Below, in pieces: positions 1 through 7,354 of a stretch of DNA of 64,000 bases. The DNA comes from Dehalococcoidia bacterium (lineage in GTDB: Bacteria; Chloroflexota; Dehalococcoidia; Lucifugimonadales; UBA1123). Each line of letters begins with the position of its first letter. The stretch's first letter is position 1. Location of the stretch: assembly GCA_034420955.1 (NCBI GenBank), contig DAOUKV010000024.1, positions 83,443-147,442 of the forward strand, in the 5' to 3' direction. The position numbers and the translations under genes are program-made. The notes beneath the pieces were generated by a model that worked only from the letters and a program-made list of their open reading frames with translations, ran no database searches and was not told the DNA's origin.

Positions 1-700
1 GGCCGATCGCTCTTAGCCGTAAGTCTCCCAAGAAGTAGGTAGAACCAGGTCCTAAGTACTTTGCCCGTATGGTTACGATGTAGAACTGGTTGCCCTCTTT
101 AGGTAGATCACCAAATAATGGGCCCTCCTCTAGTACCATTTCTGTAGCATCGGGAATTGTGTTTAAGACCGTTATCTCCCAATGGTCGGTGACATCATAC
201 TTGACCTCCATCGCGGTACCGAATGGCACGGGGTTCTGTCTGCTGCCCAGTGGAGGGATAGGCGTGGACGTCGATGTAGCCGTCGGAGTTGTCGTGTAGG
301 TCGCTGTCGGCATGGGTGTAACCGTTGGCGTCGATGTAACCGTCGGCGTCGAGGTTGCCGTATAGGTAGCGGTGGGGGTTAGGGTCGGAGTTGCCGTGTA
401 GGTCGCTGTCGGCGTCACCGTAGCGGTTGGCGTCGCGGTTGCCGTCGGCACCGAGGTTGCCGTATAGGCAGCGGTGGGGGTTGGGGTCGGAGTTGCCGTG
501 TAGGTCGCTGTCGGCGTCACCGTAGCGGTTGGCGTCGCGGTGACTATCGGTGTAGCTGTCAGTGTAACTGTGGCTATCGGTGGGAGTATAATCGCTTGCG
601 CCGGTTCAGTTGGGGGCATTTCATCAGGAAGTTGGTTGCTACATGCCACTAGACAGATGGCAGCAATCGCCACTAATAGACCGACCGCCTGACCGGGCAA
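1..700 (-). CDS. Lipoprotein, partial (C-terminus runs off the window): signal peptide, Thr/Pro-rich tandem-repeat linker, DUF4352-like beta-sandwich domain
   Basis: My own reverse-strand translation; the ORF is absent from the track because it leaves the window. TTG at 700-698 gives [21 protein letters not shown] (lipobox LVAC), then repeated [22 protein letters not shown] units, then [29 protein letters not shown]...[15 protein letters not shown]. The start codon is uncertain. Confidence 0.6.
   Translation of the reverse strand, partial: MPGQAVGLLVAIAAICLVACSNQLPDEMPPTEPAQAIILPPIATVTLTATPIVTATPTATVTPTATYTATPTPTPTAAYTATSVPTATATPTATVTPTATYTATPTLTPTATYTATSTPTVTSTPTVTPMPTATYTTTPTATSTSTPIPPLGSRQNPVPFGTAMEVKYDVTDHWEITVLNTIPDATEMVLEEGPLFGDLPKEGNQFYIVTIRAKYLGPGSTYFLGDLRLRAIG
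282..545. repeat. About 2.6 tandem copies of a 102-bp (34-codon) unit inside the lipoprotein gene
   Basis: GTCGGAGTTG(T/C)CGTGTAGGTCGCTGTCGGC recurs at 282, 384 and 486. Copies 2 and 3 are identical over about 56 nt, and the period is a multiple of 3. Confidence 0.8.
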
Positions 701-810
701 ATACTCTTCCCATAAGCTATACAATGATTCATCCTTGTATCTAGCGGATGACTACTAGCGAGCGTTCGCTCCCGCAGTCTCAGAAATAGACATGGTGCGC
801 GCTCATCCCC

Positions 811-2184
811 CTACCCCGCCAGCCCCCGCTCCACCCTTCCAAACGCGCGGTCTAGCTTGACTAGGAGCTCGTCGGCCTCGGAGGGGGTGATGCAGAGGGG
901 CGGGCCTATGGACAGGCGGTCGCCTCCGGGGTTGAGGATTAGAGACTCGGCCTCGAACGCGGCGGCTAGTCTCTCGCGCAGCCGGGCGTCGCTTGGATAG
1001 CGGGCCTTGGTGTCGCGGTCGGCCACGAGCTCGACGCCCAGTAGCAGTCCCCTGCCCCGCGCGTTGCCGATGATGGGGTGCTCGTCCATGAGCGAGCGTA
1101 GGCCGTCTAGGATCTGCGCGCCGACCTGGGCGGAGTTGTCCACCATGCCCTCGCTCTCGATTATCTCGATGTTGCGGAGGGCTACGGCGGCGGTTACGGG
1201 GTGGCCGCCGAACGTGAGCGCCTGCCGGAAGATGTTGTCCTCGCCTGCGAATACGTCCGCCACTTCGGGGGTTACGACGGCGTTCGCCAGCGGCACGTAG
1301 CTGGACGTGATTCCCTTCGCCATCGTCAGTATGTCGGGCGTTACGCCCCAATGCTCCATGGCGAACATGGTCCCGGTGCGCCCGAAGCCGTTGATCACCT
1401 CGTCGGCTATCAGGATGACGCCATGGCGATCGCATATCTGGCGCAGCATGGGCCAGTACTCGTCGCCCGGCACGGCGCCGGGGGTGGACGATGAGATCGG
1501 CTCGGCGATGACGGCGGCGACGCTGGACGCGCCGTGGAACTTGATCAGATCCTCTATCGCCTGCGCGCAGCGGACGGCGGCCTCGGAGTCGGTCTCGCCC
1601 TCGATTGGGGAATTGTAGGCGTCGGGGTGCGGGGCATAGACCATGCCCGGGAAGGCGGGTTCGTAGTCCTCGCGTCCGCCGTCGCCTCCGAGCCACATGG
1701 TGGCGCCCAGCGCGCCGTGGTACGAGCCGCGCCTGCTGATTATCTTGTAGCGCCCGGACTCGCCGCGCCGCCGGTGGTAGGCGCGGGCTATCTTGATGGC
1801 GGTCTCGTTCGCCTCGGAGCCGCCGGTTACGGGCCAGGAGCGCTCGAGGCTGCCGGGCGCAATCTCGGCTATCTTCTCGGCAAGCTCTACGAGCGGCTCT
1901 GTGGTGGAACCCTGCGGGAAATAGACGAGCTTGTTCATCTGCTCGCGCATGGCGTCGGCGAGCTCGGAGCGTCCGTAGCCGATGTTGACGCACATGTAGC
2001 CGCCGTTGACGTCTATCCACTCGCGTCCGTCGGAGTCGGTTACTCGGATGCCGCTGCCGTTCGTGATGACGGTGGGGCCGCCCGTCTCGGCGGACGACGT
2101 CCAGCTGCGGTTGTGCATCCACAGGTGATCGAGCGCGGCCTGCCGCGCGTCTTGCGTTCCGGTTGCGGTCGTGGCGTTAGGCAT
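811..2184 (-). CDS. Class-III (omega) aminotransferase, PLP-dependent
   Basis: ORF 811..2211. Typical class-III features are [23 protein letters not shown] and TMAKG (Lys). I place the start at ATG 2184 (MPNATT...), which overlaps the upstream paralog stop as ATGCCTAA. Confidence 0.85.
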   Translation of the reverse strand: MPNATTATGTQDARQAALDHLWMHNRSWTSSAETGGPTVITNGSGIRVTDSDGREWIDVNGGYMCVNIGYGRSELADAMREQMNKLVYFPQGSTTEPLVELAEKIAEIAPGSLERSWPVTGGSEANETAIKIARAYHRRRGESGRYKIISRRGSYHGALGATMWLGGDGGREDYEPAFPGMVYAPHPDAYNSPIEGETDSEAAVRCAQAIEDLIKFHGASSVAAVIAEPISSSTPGAVPGDEYWPMLRQICDRHGVILIADEVINGFGRTGTMFAMEHWGVTPDILTMAKGITSSYVPLANAVVTPEVADVFAGEDNIFRQALTFGGHPVTAAVALRNIEIIESEGMVDNSAQVGAQILDGLRSLMDEHPIIGNARGRGLLLGVELVADRDTKARYPSDARLRERLAAAFEAESLILNPGGDRLSIGPPLCITPSEADELLVKLDRAFGRVERGLAG

Positions 2185-3547
2185 AGCGGGCCATCCCCAG
2201 GTCTCCCTCAAGCTCCCAAAGGCTGAGGTCTAGCGCGTGGATAATCTCGTCAACTTCGGATTTGGTTATGCACAGCGGCGGGCCTATGTGTATGACCGGC
2301 CCGGCGACGCGCAGGATGAGGCCGTTGCGCTTGAAGCTCTCGTTGAGCCTGTCCACGATGCGGTCTTCGGGGTCGAACGGCGTCTTAGTCTCGCGGTCCT
2401 TGACCAACTCGACGGCCATCAGCAGCCCTATGCCGCGCACATCGCCGATGGACGGGTGGTCGCCCATCATCCCTTCCAGCAACTCCTTGCAGTAGGCGCC
2501 CATGGCGGCGGAGTTTTCGACGAGGCCCTCGCTCTCGATTATCTCTATGTTCGCCAGCGACGCGGCGGCCGATACGGGGTGTCCGCTCGACGTGAGGACG
2601 TGGCGCAGGTAGTCTTCCTCGCCCGCGAACACGCCAGCCACTTCTTCGGTGGCTATGGCGGCGGCCATCGGCAGATAGGAGCTTACGATCCCCTTGGCGA
2701 TGGTCATGATGTCCGGCACGATGCCCCAGTGCTCGACGGCGAACATTCGCCCGGTGCGACCAAAGCCGTTGATGACCTCGTCGGCTATCAGCAGCACGCC
2801 GTAGCGGTCGCAGATTTCGCGCAGCATCGGCCAGTACTCGTCGCCTGGAACCACCGCGCCCAGAGGAATGGCGACCGGCTCGCCAATGACGGCGGCTACG
2901 GTCTCAGGCCCCTCGAATTTGATCAGATCCTCGACGGCCTGGGCGCATCGGACGGCGGCTTCGGAGTCGGTCTCGCCCGGAATCGGCGAATGGTACGCCG
3001 ACGGCGGCGGGGCATAGACCATGCCCGGAGGCGCGGGTTCGAAGTCTTCGCGCTGCGTGTCGGCATAGCCGCCGAGGAACAGCACGCCGGCGGTGGTGCC
3101 GTGGTAGGAACCCATCCGGCTGATGATCTTGTATCTCCGCGTATCTCCGCGCCGCCGGTGGTAGGCGAGCGCAATCTTGATGGCAGTCTCGTTAGCCTCG
3201 GAGCCGCCGGATACGGGGAACGCTCTGCTGAGCGATCCGGGCGTCATCTGCGCGAGCTTTTGCGCCAGCATCGCAGTAGGCTCGGTCGTCGTGCCGAACG
3301 GGAAGTAAGATATACGGTTCATCTGCTCGAACGCGGCGTCGGCGATTTCGGTTCGCCCGTAGCCGACGTTGACGGAGTTGTAGCCGCCGTTGACGTCTAT
3401 GTAGCTGCGCCCGTCGGCGTCGGTGATGCGGACGCCCTCCCCTTCGACGGCGATCATCGGCTCGCCGTGCTCTGCCATCGAAATCCAGTCGCGGTTGTGC
3501 ATCCACAGATATTTGGTGGACTTGTCTCTGAGCGCGTCGGCGTTCAT
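2177..3547 (-). CDS. Class-III (omega) aminotransferase, paralog of the downstream gene
   Basis: 456-aa ORF colinear with 811..2184. It shares the motifs [25 protein letters not shown] and TIAKG. Confidence 0.85.
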   Translation of the reverse strand: MNADALRDKSTKYLWMHNRDWISMAEHGEPMIAVEGEGVRITDADGRSYIDVNGGYNSVNVGYGRTEIADAAFEQMNRISYFPFGTTTEPTAMLAQKLAQMTPGSLSRAFPVSGGSEANETAIKIALAYHRRRGDTRRYKIISRMGSYHGTTAGVLFLGGYADTQREDFEPAPPGMVYAPPPSAYHSPIPGETDSEAAVRCAQAVEDLIKFEGPETVAAVIGEPVAIPLGAVVPGDEYWPMLREICDRYGVLLIADEVINGFGRTGRMFAVEHWGIVPDIMTIAKGIVSSYLPMAAAIATEEVAGVFAGEEDYLRHVLTSSGHPVSAAASLANIEIIESEGLVENSAAMGAYCKELLEGMMGDHPSIGDVRGIGLLMAVELVKDRETKTPFDPEDRIVDRLNESFKRNGLILRVAGPVIHIGPPLCITKSEVDEIIHALDLSLWELEGDLGMARYA

Positions 3548-3734
3548 ATCGGAACTCCCTGACCCTTGTGTATGGGGATAGTGTATATCGGATTGGGTTG
3601 GATGACTAGGGGCGAGTTACAATGCGGGGCGGTTCTAGCCTTGAACACTTTGCGGCCTGCCAATAGGTTAAACAGGGACAGGACGATGAGAGGATCGTAC
3701 CTTCATCGAGGAGGAAGGGAACCGGAGGTTAGGC

Positions 3735-4142
3735 ATGGTTGACACGGTAACTCCGGAAGTTCGCAGCGCGATAATGGCGCGCGTCAAGGCTAAGGGCATG
3801 AAGCCCGAGATGCGGGTGCGTCGGCTGCTGCATGGGCTGGGATATCGGTACCGGCTGCACCGCTCGGATCTGCCCGGCAAGCCCGACCTGGTGTTCGTGT
3901 CGCGGCGTAAGGTGGTGTTCGTCAACGGCTGCTTCTGGCACTATCACCCGGACTGCTCCCGCGTCCGGATCCCGGCGTCCAATCGAGAATATTGGATAGG
4001 CAAGCTGGAAGGGAACCGGTCCCGCGACGTTCGGAATACCGCGCTGCTGGAGGCGGGAGGATGGGGTGTGATGACGGTGTGGGAGTGTGAACTGCGCGAC
4101 ATCGAGGATGCGGAGCGGCGGCTGGTGGCATTTCTGGGGTAG
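3735..4142 (+). CDS. vsr: Very-short-patch repair endonuclease (T:G mismatch endonuclease)
   Basis: 135 aa with the Vsr hallmarks RSAIMARVK, KPDLVF and FVNGCFWHYH. GGAGG lies upstream of the ATG. Confidence 0.9.
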   Translation: MVDTVTPEVRSAIMARVKAKGMKPEMRVRRLLHGLGYRYRLHRSDLPGKPDLVFVSRRKVVFVNGCFWHYHPDCSRVRIPASNREYWIGKLEGNRSRDVRNTALLEAGGWGVMTVWECELRDIEDAERRLVAFLG

Positions 4143-4299
4143 GACAGATTCTGACGCAGAGACGCGAAGGAACCAATCAGACCTCATGCGCTCACGAGAC
4201 CGCAGTTTTGAATGGGATCGCAAGACTCTAGGAACATCCAAATTTCTTTGCGCCTTTGCGCCTTTGCGTTTAGAATGGAGGCGTTCAGGGAGGGCCTCT

Positions 4300-5334
4300 A
4301 TGAAGTTCGGTTCGTTTGTGTTTCCGGTCAGCCACAGCGCGGAGCGGGATGGGACGATTATTGACAGTACGCTGGCGGAGATCGAGCTTCAGGACGCGAT
4401 CGGTTTCGAGGCGGCGTGGCTGACGGAGCATCACTTCGACGGCGCGTGCGCATACGCGGATCCGTTGGTGTTCGGGGCGGCGGTGGCGGCGCGGACGCGG
4501 CGCATCAAGATCGGCTTCGCCGTCGTGGAGATGGCGTTCCACCACCCGGTGCGACTGGCGGCGCAAACCGCGCTGCTCGACAACCTGAGCCATGGACGCC
4601 TGATCGTCGGAATCGGGCGCGGCTCAGCGTACAACACATACGAGTATCTGGGCTTCGGGGTGCCGATGGATGAGGGCGTGGAGCGGCTGGCGGAAGCGGA
4701 AGATCTGGTGATGTCGGCGTGGACGGGCGAGGCGGTTCGGCACGACGGGCGGTTCTGGGACGTATCGTTCCCGGCGCTGCGTCCAATGCCTTACCAGAAG
4801 CCGCACCCGCCGCTGGTGCGCGCGTGCATCAGCGAGCGTTCGACGCGCGAGATGGCGCGCATCGGTCGTCCGGTGCTGATCGGCGTGCAGGAAGACGACG
4901 AGATTCGCGCCCGCATCGAGGCGTACACGACCGAGATGCGCGACGCCGGCTTCTCAGAGCCTGAGGTGCAAACCGCGCTGGATCTGTGCTGGTTCTCGAA
5001 GAACGTGTTCGTGGCCGAGAGCTACGACGAGGCGCGCGAGCTTTGCGAGCCGGGTTTCCGACGCGAGCGCAAGCACTTCCGCGAGGCGAGGGAGCTGTAC
5101 AACCCCGAGGGCTTCCCACCGCTGGACCCGACCAAGCCGCTTCCGGCGGGCGAGGACTTCGAGAAGGCGTGCATCGTCGGAACGCCGGAACAGGTTGCGG
5201 AGCAGATCGCCAATCTGCGCGATCTGGGCGTCCGCAACCTGATGATGAAGCTGAACATCGGCGAGATGGATAGCGAGGAGGTTCTGCGCTCCATCCGGCT
5301 GTTCGGCGACGAGGTGATGCCGAGGTTTGAGTAG
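4300..5334 (+). CDS. LLM-class flavin-dependent oxidoreductase (luciferase-like monooxygenase)
   Basis: In ORF 4087..5334 the homology begins at MKFGSFVFP (ATG 4300, preceded by GGAG/AGGGAGGG). The motif AWLTEHHF is typical of the LLM fold. Confidence 0.8.
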   Translation: MKFGSFVFPVSHSAERDGTIIDSTLAEIELQDAIGFEAAWLTEHHFDGACAYADPLVFGAAVAARTRRIKIGFAVVEMAFHHPVRLAAQTALLDNLSHGRLIVGIGRGSAYNTYEYLGFGVPMDEGVERLAEAEDLVMSAWTGEAVRHDGRFWDVSFPALRPMPYQKPHPPLVRACISERSTREMARIGRPVLIGVQEDDEIRARIEAYTTEMRDAGFSEPEVQTALDLCWFSKNVFVAESYDEARELCEPGFRRERKHFREARELYNPEGFPPLDPTKPLPAGEDFEKACIVGTPEQVAEQIANLRDLGVRNLMMKLNIGEMDSEEVLRSIRLFGDEVMPRFE

Positions 5335-5337
5335 GGC

Positions 5338-5448
5338 GGCTCACCCTCACCCCATCCCTCTCCCTGAGGGAGAGGGGGCTTTTCACCCCCTGCCCCGTAT
5401 CGAGTATGGAGCAGGCTCTAACCTTCCCCCATCAAGGGGGAAGGGACT
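5338..5448. repeat. Composite intergenic palindromic (REP-like) element: type-A hairpin plus type-B hairpin
   Basis: Type-A hairpin is CCCTCTCCC-TGA-GGGAGAGGG (5356-5376) and type-B hairpin is CCTTCCCCC-ATCAA-GGGGGAAGG (5422-5444). The element lies between two convergent LLM genes. Related copies occur at 6361-6410, 53694-53745 and 55329-55369. Confidence 0.8.
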
Positions 5449-5455
5449 TGGGCGC

Positions 5456-6304
5456 TTAGGACAGGACGGCTTCCGCTATCTCGTCGAGCTGGGCGTTGGT
5501 GGCGTCTTCGTCGGCGGTCTCCACGCGGATCATAACGCGGTCGGCGCCCGCGGAGATCAGTTCTTCGACCAGAGCCCTGTCCGCAGGCTGCCCGAACACG
5601 GAGATCGAGATAGACGCCGGATCGCGTCCCGCCTCTTCCGCCAGTTCGTTCAGCGTCCGGCGGCCCGCGCTGATGTCGTCCGGAGTAACGCGGTTGGGCA
5701 TCCAGCCGTCTCCCCATCTCACGACGCGGCGGAAGACGTTTCGCGCCATGCCGCCGAGCAGAACGGGCGGATGCGGACGCTGCGCCGAGCGCGGGAACGA
5801 ATACACCGGCGGGAAATCGTAGTAGTTGCCGTGGTACTCGCTCTTCACCTCCGTCCACAGAGACTTCATCGCCAGGATCGCTTCGCGCGTCTGAGTCCAG
5901 CGGTGGGCGAAATCGCCGCCCATGATCTCCGTCTCCTCCTTCAGCCAGCCCGCGCCGATTCCGAACAGGAAGCGTCCGCCAGAGTACATGTCGAGCGTAG
6001 CTACCTCTTTGGCGAGCAGCAACGGGTTGCGCTCCGGCACGAGACAGATGCCGGTGCCGAGCTTTAGCGTGTTCGTTACCGCGGACGCCCTGCCGAGCGC
6101 GACGAACGGGTCCACGATGTCAGCGTACACCTTCGGGATGATCCCGTCAGGCGAGCCGGGCCACGGGCTGGACGTTTCGACGGGAATGATCGGGTGCTCG
6201 GGAACCCAGAGCGACTCGAAGCCCATCTCCTCGGCGCGGCGCGCTAGGATGGCGATGTCAACCGAGTAGTCGGTGGGAAACGTGGATATGCCGATGTTAT
6301 TCAT
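5456..6304 (-). CDS. LLM-class F420-dependent oxidoreductase
   Basis: In ORF 5456..6394 I place the start at ATG 6304 (MNNIGISTFP...), with AGGAG 8 nt upstream. The motifs ESLWVPEHP and FGIGAGW are typical of the family. Confidence 0.8.
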   Translation of the reverse strand: MNNIGISTFPTDYSVDIAILARRAEEMGFESLWVPEHPIIPVETSSPWPGSPDGIIPKVYADIVDPFVALGRASAVTNTLKLGTGICLVPERNPLLLAKEVATLDMYSGGRFLFGIGAGWLKEETEIMGGDFAHRWTQTREAILAMKSLWTEVKSEYHGNYYDFPPVYSFPRSAQRPHPPVLLGGMARNVFRRVVRWGDGWMPNRVTPDDISAGRRTLNELAEEAGRDPASISISVFGQPADRALVEELISAGADRVMIRVETADEDATNAQLDEIAEAVLS

Positions 6305-6360
6305 GGAAGGGACTCCTAGCTGTATCAGTATCTTGGCTTGGATGCGATTGCTTTGGGCTT

Positions 6361-6410
6361 GGGTTTCACCCCCATACCAACCTTCCCGAACCAAGGGGAA
6401 GGAAGTTCTG
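6361..6410. repeat. Type-B REP-like element, shortened copy
   Basis: TTTCACCCCCATACCAACCTTCCCGAACCAAGGGGAAGG shares the TTTCACCCCC head and the CCTTCCC..GGGGAAGG hairpin with 5380-5444 and 53694-53745. Confidence 0.6.
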
Positions 6411-6481
6411 CGGGCATTATACAGTTTGACATCCGTTCTTGGGATACTCTATCATTTTTCCCGTCGGCGCAGACCTGAAGT

Positions 6482-6557
6482 GGCAACGTAGCTCAGTGGT
6501 TAGAGCGGGCGCTTCATAAGCGCTAGGTCGCTGGTTCGAACCCAGCCGTTGCCACCA
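6482..6557 (+). tRNA. tRNA with CAU anticodon, elongator type (tRNA-Met or lysidine-modified tRNA-Ile2)
   Basis: Hand-folded cloverleaf: acceptor GGCAACG/CGTTGCC, anticodon loop TTCATAA, T-loop TTCGAAC, encoded CCA. A G1-C72 pair argues against an initiator tRNA. Confidence 0.85.
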
Positions 6558-6623
6558 ATGGTCACGGCGCGGGGCTTGGTTCCCGGCTGGGCGCGCGTCG
6601 CAGACGAGCGCGCTGGCGGACCG

Positions 6624-6699
6624 GGGCGATTAGCTCAGTGGTTAGAGCGCTCGCCTCACACGCGAGAGGTCCGAGGTTCAAATCCTCGATCGCCCACCA
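6624..6699 (+). tRNA. tRNA-Val (CAC)
   Basis: Acceptor GGGCGAT/ATCGCCC, anticodon loop CTCACAC, T-loop TTCAAAT, encoded CCA. Confidence 0.85.
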
Positions 6700-6762
6700 G
6701 CGGCGCGCTTGGCGTTGAACGCGGCGTCGGCGTCGGGTATAATCGTAGAGCATTCGAATAGC

Positions 6763-6848
6763 GCCGAAGTGGCGGAACGGTAGACGCGCTACGTTCAGGA
6801 CGTAGTATCCTTACGGGTGTGTGGGTTCGACTCCCTCCTTCGGCACCA
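6763..6848 (+). tRNA. tRNA-Leu (CAG), class II with a long variable arm
   Basis: Acceptor GCCGAAG/CTTCGGC, anticodon loop TTCAGGA, long variable arm, T-loop TTCGACT, encoded CCA. Length is 86 nt. Confidence 0.85.
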
Positions 6849-6901
6849 TTCCAGTTCAACCCTCCGGCGATCGGCGTATGAGCGCCGAACGCCGTTAGCG
6901 C

Positions 6902-6977
6902 GCGCTTGTAGCTCAGCGGATAGAGCGCAGCCCTGCGGAGGCTGAGGCCGTGGGTTCGAGTCCCACCAAGCGCGCCA
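6902..6977 (+). tRNA. tRNA-Arg with GCG anticodon
   Basis: Acceptor GCGCTTG/CAAGCGC, D-arm GCTCAGCGGATAGAGC (Arg-like), anticodon stem CAGCC/GGCTG with loop CTGCGGA, encoded CCA. Confidence 0.8.
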
Positions 6978-7033
6978 CCTCTCCCCTGCCAGTCGAGTCG
7001 GTTGCCAAACAGGGTCGGCTAGGCTTGATACGT

Positions 7034-7110
7034 GGGCGGTTAGCTCAGCTGGTTAGAGCGTCTGTCTTACACACAGAAGGTCACAGGTTCGAGTCCTGTA
7101 TCGCCCACCA
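7034..7110 (+). tRNA. tRNA-Val (TAC)
   Basis: Acceptor GGGCGGT/ATCGCCC, anticodon stem TCTGT/ACAGA with loop CTTACAC, encoded CCA. Confidence 0.85.
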
Positions 7111-7142
7111 TCACTTGGCAAAGCCAGACCTCTCCTAACAGC

Positions 7143-7181
7143 GTCAAAGTGGCAAAACGATCGAAGCGATACGTTCAGGAC
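7143..7181 (+). pseudogene. Decayed 5' fragment of a tRNA-Leu(CAG) gene
   Basis: GTCAAAGTGGCAAAACGATCGAAGCGATACGTTCAGGAC matches the first 39 nt of the tRNA-Leu at 6763 at about 30/39 positions, including the whole anticodon loop. No 3' half follows it. Confidence 0.55.
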
Positions 7182-7354
7182 TTCGTCCTGAAAGCGCAGA
7201 AACACCGTTTGTCCTACCTCTCAGGAGCAGCAGCCCGCATCGGATACGGCAAGCTGGTCGTCGTCCAAGATTTTCGCATTCACAAGCCCACTGCACACCT
7301 AGAATAGGCCATTAGCCTGTACAGACAATACTCCAACATGGGCGCAAATGATTT

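Noticed and set aside
282-545. Possible CRISPR array suggested by regularly repeated sequence
   Set aside because: The repeats are contiguous, with no unique spacers and a period of 102 bp. They lie in frame inside a coding sequence and encode a Thr/Pro linker. No cas genes are in the window.
803-3562. Long ORFs overlapping the aminotransferase genes: 803..2122 on the minus strand (same strand as the gene, different frame) and 1534..2226 and 2237..3562 on the plus strand (antisense)
   Set aside because: Their translations are Arg/Pro/Gly/His-rich low-complexity strings, typical of shadow ORFs in high-GC DNA. The aminotransferase frame carries clear conserved motifs.
4087-4299. N-terminal extension of the LLM ORF (start at 4087), and similarly 38267 for mcrB, 14590 for DUF35, 20493 for the kinase, 33030 for dnaE and 41694 for the hypothetical gene
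   Set aside because: The extensions overlap neighbouring genes or tRNAs or lack similarity to the family. Internal starts have an RBS and/or the classic ATGA/GTGA coupling.
5327-6067. ORF 5327..6067 (246 aa), ORF 5418..5858 (minus strand) and ORF 53709..54065 (minus strand), which begin or end in PLPEGEG- or PSPLMGEG-type peptides
   Set aside because: These peptide ends are translations of the REP-like palindromes. The remainder of each ORF is antisense to real genes.
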